Source of the DNA: a bacterium | Lineage (GTDB): Bacteria > UBA10199 > JADGCS01 | Reading direction: 5' to 3' | Length of the DNA: 37,773 nt | NCBI GenBank assembly: GCA_018812345.1 | Contig: JAHJDR010000012.1 | Span: 1-37,773, forward strand | Shown: one piece after another, positions 1 through 8,632 of the stretch | How the letters are laid out: every line of letters begins with the position of its first letter | Numbering within the stretch: the first letter of the stretch is position 1 | The notes under the pieces: model-generated | Seen by the model: only the letters and a program-made list of their open reading frames with translations | Told to the model about the DNA's origin: nothing | Databases searched by the model: none | Made by a program: the position numbers and the translations under genes

Positions 1-13
1 CCTTATTACCCCC

Positions 14-45
14 AAAAAAAAGCCCCACTGTGTGAGGCTTTTTTT
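14..45. terminator. Rho-independent, bidirectional-looking terminator hairpin
   Basis: A-run at 14-21. Stem AGCCCCAC/GTGAGGCT (21-28 / 32-39) with one mismatch and a 3-nt loop. T7 run at 39-45. Confidence 0.6.
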
Positions 46-80
46 ATTGGTGTTGCCCGGGGCTTAAGCCCGGGTTATTT

Positions 81-200
81 GGCAATTTCAATCGCAAATA
101 GCTTATTGCCTATTGTCAATTGTCAATAATTTATAGGCACAACACCGTCATTGCTCCTGATTGACAATAGGCTAACGGCAAGAAGCTATCGGCAATTTTC
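81..200. repeat. Intergenic hairpin element with ATTGTCA heptamer units, flanked by a short direct repeat
   Basis: Perfect 12-bp inverted repeat GCCTATTGTCAA (108-119) / TTGACAATAGGC (161-172). ATTGTCA is tandem x2 at 112-125. Outer partial arms are ATAGCTT / AAGCTAT. GGCAATTTC (81-89) and GGCAATTTTC (191-200) flank the element as direct repeats. Confidence 0.7.
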
Positions 201-206
201 ATTAAT

Positions 207-818
207 TTATTTCAGCTTTGCTTTGCCGCGGGTGTAGAGCACTCTGTTGACCATGGTTGTGAAGGCGTTATTCATCTTGGTCTGTGTTTCTGTTCCTTCC
301 AAAAGGCCTAAGGCGCGTGAGATGGCTTCATATGTGCATAGGTGGTGTGGCGTGGGACCATGTCGTAAATGATAGTTTGATGGTTCGCCTATGGGTAAAA
401 CCACCTTTTTCATTTTTGCTAATGCTGGTGTCCGTCTGATCATGCGTGCTGTCTGTCGCCAATTGCCATCAGGAACAAAAAGGCGAATAGGAGCTTTTAG
501 CTCTTTAATAAGGTCAGGGCTGAGTATGTTGTTCTGGGTTAGTGGATATAAAAGCAGGTTTGTTTCCGTTTCTTCAGAAACATCGGATAGGTCTAAAGAT
601 TCTTTGTTCTTATGTCCGTGAAAACGAATGTCAGCATTTTGTAATATTTTAGGGATGAGGTGTGCTGTATTTGTTGTGATAGCATATTCTTTATAGTGCA
701 TGAGAACAGTCACTTTAATTTTGTTTTCGATTTTTATGAGCTGGTTACAGAAACAGAGGTTAATGTGCATACGACAGTGATGGCAGCGTTCAGGTATGTT
801 GGGTAAGGGTGTGTTCAT
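207..818 (-). CDS. DTW-domain protein (tRNA-uridine aminocarboxypropyltransferase family, TapT/YfiP-like)
   Basis: ORF 207..887. N-terminal C-x2-C-x6-C-x-C cluster (CHHCRMHINLCFC) and 'LFVPDGNWRQ', a DTW-type motif. I prefer the ATG at 818 (MNTPLP...) because the 23 upstream codons read through a perfect hairpin. Confidence 0.7.
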   Translation of the reverse strand: MNTPLPNIPERCHHCRMHINLCFCNQLIKIENKIKVTVLMHYKEYAITTNTAHLIPKILQNADIRFHGHKNKESLDLSDVSEETETNLLLYPLTQNNILSPDLIKELKAPIRLFVPDGNWRQTARMIRRTPALAKMKKVVLPIGEPSNYHLRHGPTPHHLCTYEAISRALGLLEGTETQTKMNNAFTTMVNRVLYTRGKAKLK

Positions 819-854
819 GGGCCTTATAATCCTTATAAGATCAATAAGGCCCAT
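817..854. promoter_or_regulatory. Perfect 11-bp inverted repeat enclosing the DTW gene start codon
   Basis: ATGGGCCTTAT (817-827) / ATAAGGCCCAT (844-854). The 16-nt loop contains the nested palindrome CTTATAAG. Confidence 0.5.
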
Positions 855-883
855 AAACAATACAAAAAGGAGAGAAGAGGGCT

Positions 884-932
884 GCACGCCCTCTCATCAT
901 AATAGCTCTAACTTTGTTGTTAGAGGGCGTGC
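884..932 (-). terminator. Hairpin overlapping the 3' end of ORF 920..1405 (possible terminator)
   Basis: Perfect 11-bp inverted repeat GCACGCCCTCT (884-894) / AGAGGGCGTGC (922-932). On the minus strand it is followed by a C/T-rich tract. The loop is long (27 nt), so this is only moderate evidence. Confidence 0.35.
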
Positions 933-1405
933 ATGTAAAAAGATTGGTTTTGCTCCTCCCACACGGAGAGGCAGTATACGGCTCTTTCTAATTCAATCCA
1001 TTCACTTTGACTTACGTAGCCACGTGGTTGTTCCACATTATCAATTTGAGCCTTAAACTCCAAAATAACTTCCAAGCTTTGCTGGAAGATTGTTAAAGAA
1101 TTTTTGTGATTATGATAAACATGCGACAAGTAATTATTAAACTCGCGCAAAATTGTGGGACGCATTTCAATTGAAGCTCCCAAAACAAGGCTGCCTTTAA
1201 ACTCAAGAAGACTAATCACAATCTCTTGTTCATTGGAAGACTGAACAAGCTTTTCTAGAGACTCAAGCATTTGTAGATCAATCTGAGATCCTTTGGCATA
1301 CGTTGTTGTATGTGCCAGGTTTTCTTGATTGTACAAATTTCTTCCCGTGCCTGAAGTGCTCATAGAACCAGGATTATAGAGTATGTTTATAATGTCTTTT
1401 GTCAT
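920..1405 (-). CDS. Hypothetical protein (161 aa)
   Basis: ORF with an AGGAG Shine-Dalgarno 7-11 nt upstream of the ATG. No motif I can name with confidence. Confidence 0.6.
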   Translation of the reverse strand: MTKDIINILYNPGSMSTSGTGRNLYNQENLAHTTTYAKGSQIDLQMLESLEKLVQSSNEQEIVISLLEFKGSLVLGASIEMRPTILREFNNYLSHVYHNHKNSLTIFQQSLEVILEFKAQIDNVEQPRGYVSQSEWIELERAVYCLSVWEEQNQSFYMHAL

Positions 1406-1660
1406 TTATGCTCCTGATTGTTGGCCAGCTTAAGTGACAGATATTTTCTTAATTGGCCTTTTTTTAGATGTGGTTCGCAGGTTGCTTGTCCTGCCTATTT
1501 ATAGAAGCAATTACAATGCCAAGTATGAGGGAAAAAAGGAGGCGCTAAGTACTTGTTTTTATAGTTGTGTGAGGAGGGGAAAAGGTTATCCACAGTCAAA
1601 AAACACAACACTTTTCTCACTTTAGGAAAGATCGTTTTTCATATTGAGAGGAAAACTTCT

Positions 1661-1689
1661 AAATATCAATAAAATCAACAGGCTATATA
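1661..1689 (+). promoter_or_regulatory. Promoter-like motif: direct ATCAA repeats plus a -10-like TATATA
   Basis: AAATATCAATAAAATCAACAGGCTATATA. It matches 23050-23079 at 26 of about 31 positions with one indel. It lies about 90 nt upstream of the 1777 start. Confidence 0.4.
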
Positions 1690-1776
1690 TCGCCGCGCTA
1701 CGCCATAAAACGCGCGATTTTAGCAACTTTTTAGTGCCAGGACCGATAATAGATCGTAAGGAACTTTGAGGTTTAC

Positions 1777-3288
1777 ATGGTCGATAAAGCACAACAAGCT
1801 AAATCAGTCATATTCCCTGTTTATGAAGGGGCAGGTCTTGCCTATGATATTGCGCGTTTTAGTGTGGAATATAATCAGGACAAGAAATGGACAGATTTAA
1901 CTCTTCCTCCCATGAATCTAGCGCGCCCTGAGCATGAACTGGCACCTGAAGCAGCTGCTGTCGGGGCTTTTTTAGAGCTCTCACAGATGGGGCTACGTGG
2001 TGTAATGCGACCAACCTATGTTTTTAATCCCCCTAAATTATATTCTGATAATGAGGTAACAACCAGAGATTATCCTCAGCTTCAAACAGGCATGTTTAAT
2101 CGCCTCACAGGCTCATTGGGTACGGATTGGATGGTTAGACAGGCCCTTGGTAATACCTACATGTATAACCGAGCAGAGTTTAGTGATGAGCCCTTTAATT
2201 CTTCCATGGCCTATGCGTACGGGGCGATGTTCTATCTCAACGCCATTTCAACGCCTTTAGAAATGCAGGCTACACAAAATATTGGCAATAAAGGGGTGGG
2301 GTGTACAGACGGCGCGATTAATGACATTAAAGGTCTTTTTAATTTTGAGACTTATGAAGAAGCGCAAGAGTTTTGTAATGCAGAGCAACCTGTTAATGGC
2401 GGACAAGATTTGGCAACCTACGATGATGAATATACTCAAGAAGAATGGGATGCCTTAAATGCTGAATGGGAAAATAAATTTTTAGAACTATCTGCTGTAA
2501 ATCGTTCTCTCTATACTTTTGGACAAGGTTCGCGTTTAACCACAATGATAAATTCTTCTCTGGGTGGTTTTCAGGCCTTGGAATTATATGATGGCAGACC
2601 CTCTGCTGGCACAATAGCCTTTGCTATTAGTGTACCCATAACACAATTTGCTTTGGCCCATAAAAGGGCAAAAGAACAAGGTGAACCGCGCAATGCTGAG
2701 GGTAAAATTGTGCCCATGAGCACGGAAAATGCGGTGTTGACTTTATCGGCTCATACGCTTGGTGGTTTACAAGCAAGTTTTATTGAAGACAAAGAAGTTT
2801 TACGAGCCGTTGGCGCCATGAATGGCATGGCTATTGATTGGTATAGTCCGCAAGTACACAGACAATTATATGCGGTATCTCTTGATACGGGTGCGTCTCA
2901 AGTGGCACCATTAATTAATGTTGTGATGCCTGTTTTAGAAGGCGGCCAGCATTTAAGCGGTGGTTTTCGATATGGCGCAGCTCTTGACGATGCCTCTACA
3001 CCTGGTGAAAAAGTCATGCTGCATGGAACGGCTGCACTTTATGGTGGTATTTATCTTGGTCGTACAATTGAAGCGGGGCAAGCAGAGCCACAAGTGTGGG
3101 CTAATTTTGGTATAAATACAGGCGTTTTTGGCGTCAGTACTTTAGTTGGTTATTTAACACGTAATACACCTTTTGGTCGTGTGATGAATGGTGAGCTTGT
3201 AGGAGATAGGCCAGGCGGCTTAGCTTCTTTACGTATAACAGGTGGTCCAAATGGTACGACAGGTCTTGGAATAGCAGGAGAATTTTAA
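1777..3288 (+). CDS. Hypothetical protein (503 aa), first gene of the giant-lipoprotein block
   Basis: Long ORF with GAGG 8-11 nt upstream. No N-terminal signal peptide. The C-terminal third has Gly/Ala-rich hydrophobic stretches and ends ...GLGIAGEF. Confidence 0.8.
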   Translation: MVDKAQQAKSVIFPVYEGAGLAYDIARFSVEYNQDKKWTDLTLPPMNLARPEHELAPEAAAVGAFLELSQMGLRGVMRPTYVFNPPKLYSDNEVTTRDYPQLQTGMFNRLTGSLGTDWMVRQALGNTYMYNRAEFSDEPFNSSMAYAYGAMFYLNAISTPLEMQATQNIGNKGVGCTDGAINDIKGLFNFETYEEAQEFCNAEQPVNGGQDLATYDDEYTQEEWDALNAEWENKFLELSAVNRSLYTFGQGSRLTTMINSSLGGFQALELYDGRPSAGTIAFAISVPITQFALAHKRAKEQGEPRNAEGKIVPMSTENAVLTLSAHTLGGLQASFIEDKEVLRAVGAMNGMAIDWYSPQVHRQLYAVSLDTGASQVAPLINVVMPVLEGGQHLSGGFRYGAALDDASTPGEKVMLHGTAALYGGIYLGRTIEAGQAEPQVWANFGINTGVFGVSTLVGYLTRNTPFGRVMNGELVGDRPGGLASLRITGGPNGTTGLGIAGEF

Positions 3289-3291
3289 TGA

Positions 3292-3357
3292 GTCTCACGT
3301 CGCTCGTCTCACGTCTCACGTAAATTAACGCTAGACGATAGACGCTAGACGCTAGAC
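3292..3357. repeat. Heptamer-array hairpin (GTCTCAC-type arm / CTAGACG-type arm)
   Basis: Left arm GTCTCAC GTCGCTC GTCTCAC GTCTCAC G (3292-3320). Loop TAAATTAA. Right arm CGCTAGACGATAGACGCTAGACGCTAGAC (3329-3357). The arms pair at about 5 of every 7 positions. Confidence 0.85.
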
Positions 3358-3366
3358 AAAACAACA

Positions 3367-6300
3367 ATGATACGACGGCTAAGCAAATACATAATCGCAC
3401 TTATCGCTTTTCTACTCATTTTCGCTAGTTGTGCTTCCGAAAATCAAGCCATAGATCTTGCTGAAATTGCAGACAATGATTCTAATACAGGTGATGGTGG
3501 TTCCTTTTATCCTGATGCAAGTGGCTCAACCAATATTTGCGATGAAGATGAAGATGGGAATTGTATTGATGAAGCGACGATTAGTTCTATCATGCTGAAC
3601 AATCAACAGCTTGATTATAATATGAGCGAGCTTGATGATATTGAGTGTCAGTCGCTAGGACTTCCTTCAGGTGTTTCTTTTGAAGCAGAAATAGATCAAG
3701 ATAATACAAGTCTTGTTGACGGTATTTACCAATTTACAGTCATGAATGCGAGTGGTGGTTATTCTGAAGGCCGTGTAACAGGTGCTGGAGATATTACAAT
3801 TTGTTACATGCGTTCCAGCATTGGAACACATTCTGGACAAGTGAAAATTCTTCTCAATGCGAGCAGCGTTTCATCTTCTGCCTATGCGTACATAATAAAA
3901 ACATCAGGACAAACACTCGCCCCTCTTTTTACCATAACAAATCCCACTGAAGGGTTGATTATAGATAAGCGAGATGGGCATCATGAGGGTGTTGACAGTG
4001 CTGAAGGAGATTATTTATTAACCGTAACAGGAACAGTTAATCTTGATTTGCAAACCATTTTTGAAAAGGGATTAAATACAGACCTTTATATCGAAGCTGA
4101 TGGTGTTAAATATAAGACAAGCTTTAGTGAGAGTGGTAGCTTTTCAAAACAAGTGGGTGTGCCACAGGTTGAGGGTATTTATGCGGTTAAAGTTTCTCTT
4201 AATACAAACAGAGATAGTGTTTTAGCAAAAACAATTAATGTTGTTGTGGCAGGTGCTCCTGATTTAGAAATTGAAGTACGCGATGTTTCAGAAACAGAAA
4301 TTGACACAACAGCGCCAACAGATCTTCCTTATCTTATTGTTGGGCTGCGCATTTCAAATTTAGCGACATCTGGATCAAGTGAAACAGACATGCCTGTGGT
4401 CTTGTCTGATATTGCCTTTAATGGCGAAGAGCTTTATCCAAATACATCTATTTGGTATGATGAAAGTTGGTCTTGGTGCGAGTCTAAAGAACTAACATCA
4501 GAAGACACAAAAGGATTTACAGGCGTAAACACCTTATGCATTCCTCTTGATCATATAACAGAGCTTCAAGATGGTGTTAATACGATTACCGCAAAAGCAA
4601 CCAATGTGCTTGGTGAAAGCTCTGTAAGCTACACACTGATCATTGATAATGATAAGCCTATTATAACGGTTACGAGCCCAGGTCAAAATCAGCTTTATGC
4701 TCCTGGGCAAACAAAAATTACAGTTTCAGGAAAAGTTAAATATTTTGCACCACTTGATTCGAGTCTTGCCTCCTCTAAACCAACGCCTGCAAGTGGTGAT
4801 GTGGGCAGTTATTGTCAGCCCACAGAAGAAGATGATTCAGATTGTCCGGCGTCGAGTGTTAAAATGTGGTTTAACGTTTCAACCAGTGATGACAACTATC
4901 CTATCTATATATATCCGGATTACGCTGATAGCTATTCCACTGTTTCCCAAGCAGAACAAGAAGCCTATATGGATAGTGAAAGTGGGCAGCATGGCAATTG
5001 TTATACACAGCAAACAACCGAAGAAAATGATGATGGCTCAGAAACTATTGAAGAAAACATAGTTTGTGATGTGCCAGAAGGAAATTTTAAATTAACGCTG
5101 ACAGTACCTTCCCTAGATCACCACGCCCATATTAATCTTTATACGAATGTTTTAGAATTGCAGGCAGAAAGTGTGAAAGGACATAGAACAATTGAGGTTG
5201 TGACCTTTCAGGTTGGTGAAACAAGCTCACATAAGAGAAGTTTTAAATTGGGCCAAACAGCGCGAACATCAACATTAACCTCAGGTCAGCTGGGTCTTGT
5301 AGAAACGTCTTGTGGTGTGACAGAAGAGGTTTGTGTTAACCGAGCACCTGTGATGCTCAATGTTTCTGAAGGCCTTATTAGTCGTGATTCAGTTGAAGGG
5401 GCTAAGATATTAAAAGTTGTGGAACATTACCTTAATGAAAATCTTAGTTTTGCAGACGTGGCAAATGGTTGGATGAACTGGCCAAAAGATGATGACGATA
5501 ACATTGCTCTTGAAGAAGATTTTCAGAAACAATGGTTGGAATCTAGCGAGAGTGATGGCGTACGCTATGATGATTTTAAAGATTTACCACCTGCTTGGAA
5601 AAAAAAGTTTATTCAACAAGCTTTGCATAGCAATGTTATGGCCATGAAGTTTTGGGCCTGGGTTCGCTACATTGATTACTTACAGGATTCTGAGGATTCA
5701 GATTGTGATATCCATCCTGAACAATGCTATTTTGAGCGAGAAGGCAACCCAGAAGATGACTACAATGTTGCTCTAGATAAGTGTGGTGAAGTGATTACCT
5801 CGTCTTTTGTGCCTATTGGTGATTTTATTCGCGTGGCAGAAACATTTAAAGACTATGACACAGATCGCATACGCTTGTGGCCAGAATGGCCAGATATTGC
5901 GGGCACGGATTTTGAGTATAATGATTTTGTATCTGGCAAATGGCTTGTTCAAAGTTTGAACCTAAAAGCAAATGGTTATGTGGATGCTGATGTGTGCATT
6001 GTTCCTGATGATGAAGCTCTTTATGATTCTTATCTTCTCAATGGGTGTGATGCGAATGTTGATAGTGCTGATGTGCCAGCTTTTTGGGGCCATTTTGTTT
6101 CTTACAATCTTGTAGAGGGTGGGCTTCTTGGTGAAAACAATGCCTTGCCCATTAATGATGAAACGATTCCCATGGTATGGTCTGTTGGTAAGATTCGATT
6201 AACATTTGAAGATGTTATTCAGGTAACAAAAGAAAAAATTGGTGATGTTTGGGCAAATAAAATTAATATTTTTGAAGATAAAATTAATATTGTTCAATGG

Positions 6301-8205
6301 GACGAGTTGGAAGATTTGTTTAAAGCAGGTGTGATGCACGCGCAAACCATTCAAGTAGAGCCTTTTTCTAACTGCCCAGCCTATTATGCCCAAAAGCACC
6401 CAGGCTATGAAATTCCCTTTGGTTGCTCAAATAGTGAAATGTCCAACTACCCCTTTGTGTTAGAGTTGAACTCAACAAAAGGACAGGACGTATATATAGG
6501 ACTAATGGATAATGGTGCGAGTTCCTATATGTTGGGTGTGGTTTGGCAAGGTGTGATAGAAACCTTTAAGAAAATGGTTGGCTGCATGGATACTGAAATG
6601 GTTAACCCCATGATCTCTTCTCATTATGATTATCCTGAGTGGGTATGGGAAGGTGGCGCCATGTCTTTAGATTTTGAATGGGAAGAATTTAATTTTGGTG
6701 CGAACATTGAAAATAGTGATCTGAATATTTTTGATGGTGGTATTACAGCGAGAGTGCCTTTAAGTCTCGGTGTTGATGGTGTGCCCATGACATCATTCAT
6801 AAATATGATAAGCTCACCCACTGGATTCAATTTGGGACAAACATCTAAGCTTGGCAGTTTCAGAACAGCAACAGAAGCGCATACCAAAGGACATCTTGTG
6901 CGTTCCCAACAAAACAATTATTTAGAAGGGTATCCCTTAACAAGTGATAGCCCTCAAACAGAGGCTTTTCTGGGGTTGTCCATTAATATAGAAGAAATTG
7001 TTAATGCCGCTTCATATTTAATTTTCAAAAAAGGTCCCCTATCACTTCTAGAAACCTTTGAAGTGGAAGAGTTAGAAAAAAACACAAACTGGAGTTTGGG
7101 TGTTGATAAGGTAATACTCGGTCGTTTTGATATTTGTAATATAGCGGGCCTGATTGGTTCTGAATTAGCACCATCTCTTTTATTTGCTACAACTCAATCT
7201 TTATTTAATGAATCATCGCTACACTTAGATGTTATTTTAGATCCTGATTATCCCGTAACACTTTCCTTAAATCCCATTGAGGGTGCTGGCAGCAACGCTA
7301 CAGAAATTCAATTGGGTGTGTCCAACTTACAAATTGGTATCAAAGAACTTGTGGCTTATACACGTAATGGCGACGTTCAGGCTAATGTCTATGAAAACCC
7401 CAAAGATCAGGAAGAGCTATTGCGTCTTCGTCTCGATGGAGTGATCAAGGTGAGGGTTGTTTATTACAAAGAGCTCAGACAGATTCACGTATACTTACCA
7501 GGTTTTACAGAGCAAAACGTTCATGTTAGCATTGTTCCCGGACGTGGTGGGCCAACGTATGATGATGTGAATGTGGTAACAGATGTGCTCAATGGTGTGA
7601 TCGCAGCTGTTTTTGATAAAATGGGCAAAGACATCTATGAGGATTTTGATGATGATGGCAATCTTGATCCTACTATTGCCAACCCAACACTTGTGGTGAC
7701 GCTAAAAGGTAATGATGAATATGGTCCGGGCACATTTAATGTTGCCAGCTTAGAAGACTTTGAATTTGAATTAAAAGTTGAAGCTGCCGAAAACGCTTCT
7801 TGTGGCGATGATATTCCTTATTATTCAGAAGAAGTAGATTATCCACAAAGACCAGATATGTTTAACAATTCTAAAACGAAAAATGTAGGTAGTTCTGTGC
7901 TCAAATCTTCGAGCAAGCTCCCTCAGCTGACAGGTGATTTGCAGCCAATTAGTCTGGATCTTAGTAAGGACTATACAATACATATGTGGAACGATCCCTG
8001 TAAGTTTCTCTATCCTGGAAAGTTAGTTAAAGAAGAAGATGGCACGTTTACTAGAGAAGAAGATGTTTTAAGAGAAACGCTTTGTGATTTTGGAATCAAA
8101 GATGTTGTGATCGATCCTGTGATCGAGTTTGATAATGATGAAGGTTATATTCATGTTTCAGCTGACTTGTTTATTGAGTTGGAGAATTGGCTTATAGATG
8201 ACTAA
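3367..8205 (+). CDS. Giant acidic Cys-rich lipoprotein (1612 aa), function unknown
   Basis: Uninterrupted 4.8 kb ORF. Lipoprotein signal MIRRLSKYIIALIAFLLIFASC. It has many D/E residues and about 28 Cys, mostly in local pairs, which suggests a disulfide-rich extracytoplasmic protein. Confidence 0.9.
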   Translation: MIRRLSKYIIALIAFLLIFASCASENQAIDLAEIADNDSNTGDGGSFYPDASGSTNICDEDEDGNCIDEATISSIMLNNQQLDYNMSELDDIECQSLGLPSGVSFEAEIDQDNTSLVDGIYQFTVMNASGGYSEGRVTGAGDITICYMRSSIGTHSGQVKILLNASSVSSSAYAYIIKTSGQTLAPLFTITNPTEGLIIDKRDGHHEGVDSAEGDYLLTVTGTVNLDLQTIFEKGLNTDLYIEADGVKYKTSFSESGSFSKQVGVPQVEGIYAVKVSLNTNRDSVLAKTINVVVAGAPDLEIEVRDVSETEIDTTAPTDLPYLIVGLRISNLATSGSSETDMPVVLSDIAFNGEELYPNTSIWYDESWSWCESKELTSEDTKGFTGVNTLCIPLDHITELQDGVNTITAKATNVLGESSVSYTLIIDNDKPIITVTSPGQNQLYAPGQTKITVSGKVKYFAPLDSSLASSKPTPASGDVGSYCQPTEEDDSDCPASSVKMWFNVSTSDDNYPIYIYPDYADSYSTVSQAEQEAYMDSESGQHGNCYTQQTTEENDDGSETIEENIVCDVPEGNFKLTLTVPSLDHHAHINLYTNVLELQAESVKGHRTIEVVTFQVGETSSHKRSFKLGQTARTSTLTSGQLGLVETSCGVTEEVCVNRAPVMLNVSEGLISRDSVEGAKILKVVEHYLNENLSFADVANGWMNWPKDDDDNIALEEDFQKQWLESSESDGVRYDDFKDLPPAWKKKFIQQALHSNVMAMKFWAWVRYIDYLQDSEDSDCDIHPEQCYFEREGNPEDDYNVALDKCGEVITSSFVPIGDFIRVAETFKDYDTDRIRLWPEWPDIAGTDFEYNDFVSGKWLVQSLNLKANGYVDADVCIVPDDEALYDSYLLNGCDANVDSADVPAFWGHFVSYNLVEGGLLGENNALPINDETIPMVWSVGKIRLTFEDVIQVTKEKIGDVWANKINIFEDKINIVQWDELEDLFKAGVMHAQTIQVEPFSNCPAYYAQKHPGYEIPFGCSNSEMSNYPFVLELNSTKGQDVYIGLMDNGASSYMLGVVWQGVIETFKKMVGCMDTEMVNPMISSHYDYPEWVWEGGAMSLDFEWEEFNFGANIENSDLNIFDGGITARVPLSLGVDGVPMTSFINMISSPTGFNLGQTSKLGSFRTATEAHTKGHLVRSQQNNYLEGYPLTSDSPQTEAFLGLSINIEEIVNAASYLIFKKGPLSLLETFEVEELEKNTNWSLGVDKVILGRFDICNIAGLIGSELAPSLLFATTQSLFNESSLHLDVILDPDYPVTLSLNPIEGAGSNATEIQLGVSNLQIGIKELVAYTRNGDVQANVYENPKDQEELLRLRLDGVIKVRVVYYKELRQIHVYLPGFTEQNVHVSIVPGRGGPTYDDVNVVTDVLNGVIAAVFDKMGKDIYEDFDDDGNLDPTIANPTLVVTLKGNDEYGPGTFNVASLEDFEFELKVEAAENASCGDDIPYYSEEVDYPQRPDMFNNSKTKNVGSSVLKSSSKLPQLTGDLQPISLDLSKDYTIHMWNDPCKFLYPGKLVKEEDGTFTREEDVLRETLCDFGIKDVVIDPVIEFDNDEGYIHVSADLFIELENWLIDD

Positions 8206-8229
8206 AGACTAAAGTCCAAAGACTAAAGT
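8202..8229. repeat. CTAAAGA heptamer array (left arm around the four-helix-bundle gene)
   Basis: CTAAAGA CTAAAGT CCAAAGA CTAAAGT. The TAA stop of the 3367..8205 ORF (8203-8205) lies inside the first unit. Confidence 0.85.
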
Positions 8230-8242
8230 TGGAGATGTTGTT

Positions 8243-8632
8243 ATGTCGAAATTTTAACGTTTTGAAGATATTGAAAGCTGGAAAAAAGCAAGAGAGCTTA
8301 ATAAAAAAATATATGAATTAACTAATACTGAAAGATTTAATAAGGATTTTGGATTTAAAGACCAAATTAGAAGAGCTTCATTATCTATAAGCAGTAATAT
8401 TGCAGAGGGTTTTGAAAGAGGTGGAGACAAGGAATTTTTCCAATGCTTGTCCATAGCTAAAGGTTCTTGTGGAGAAGTTAGGTCGCAGCTGTATTTAGCC
8501 TATGATATTAAGTATGTTTCTAAAGAAGAAGCTGAAATGTTATTAGAAGAGGCTTCTGAGATTAGTAAAATGATAAATGGATTAATGAAATATTTAAGGA
8601 GTTCAGAATTTACAGGAAAAAAATACAAATGA
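8243..8632 (+). pseudogene. Four-helix-bundle protein (23S rRNA intervening-sequence protein / Avd-like family) with an in-frame TAA at codon 5
   Basis: The frame reads MSKF*RFEDIESWKKARELNKKIYELT...QIRRASLSISSNIAEGFERGGDKEFFQCLSIAKGSCGEVRSQLYLAYDIKYVSKEE.... This matches the family hallmarks FEDLxVWQKA and R(R)AxxSIxxNIAEG. There is no ATG, GTG or TTG between the TAA (8255-8257) and the TTG at 8447. Confidence 0.75.

Noticed and set aside
920-1405. A Roadblock/LC7 (MglB-like) assignment for the 161-aa protein, based on ...VISLLEFKGSLVLGAS....
   Set aside because: The resemblance is a single short hydrophobic pattern with no reliable motif. The protein is left as hypothetical.
1434-1625. The 63-aa ORF in the 370-bp spacer upstream of the lipoprotein block.
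   Set aside because: It has a GTG start, no RBS and a low-complexity product, and it lies in what looks like a divergent regulatory region.
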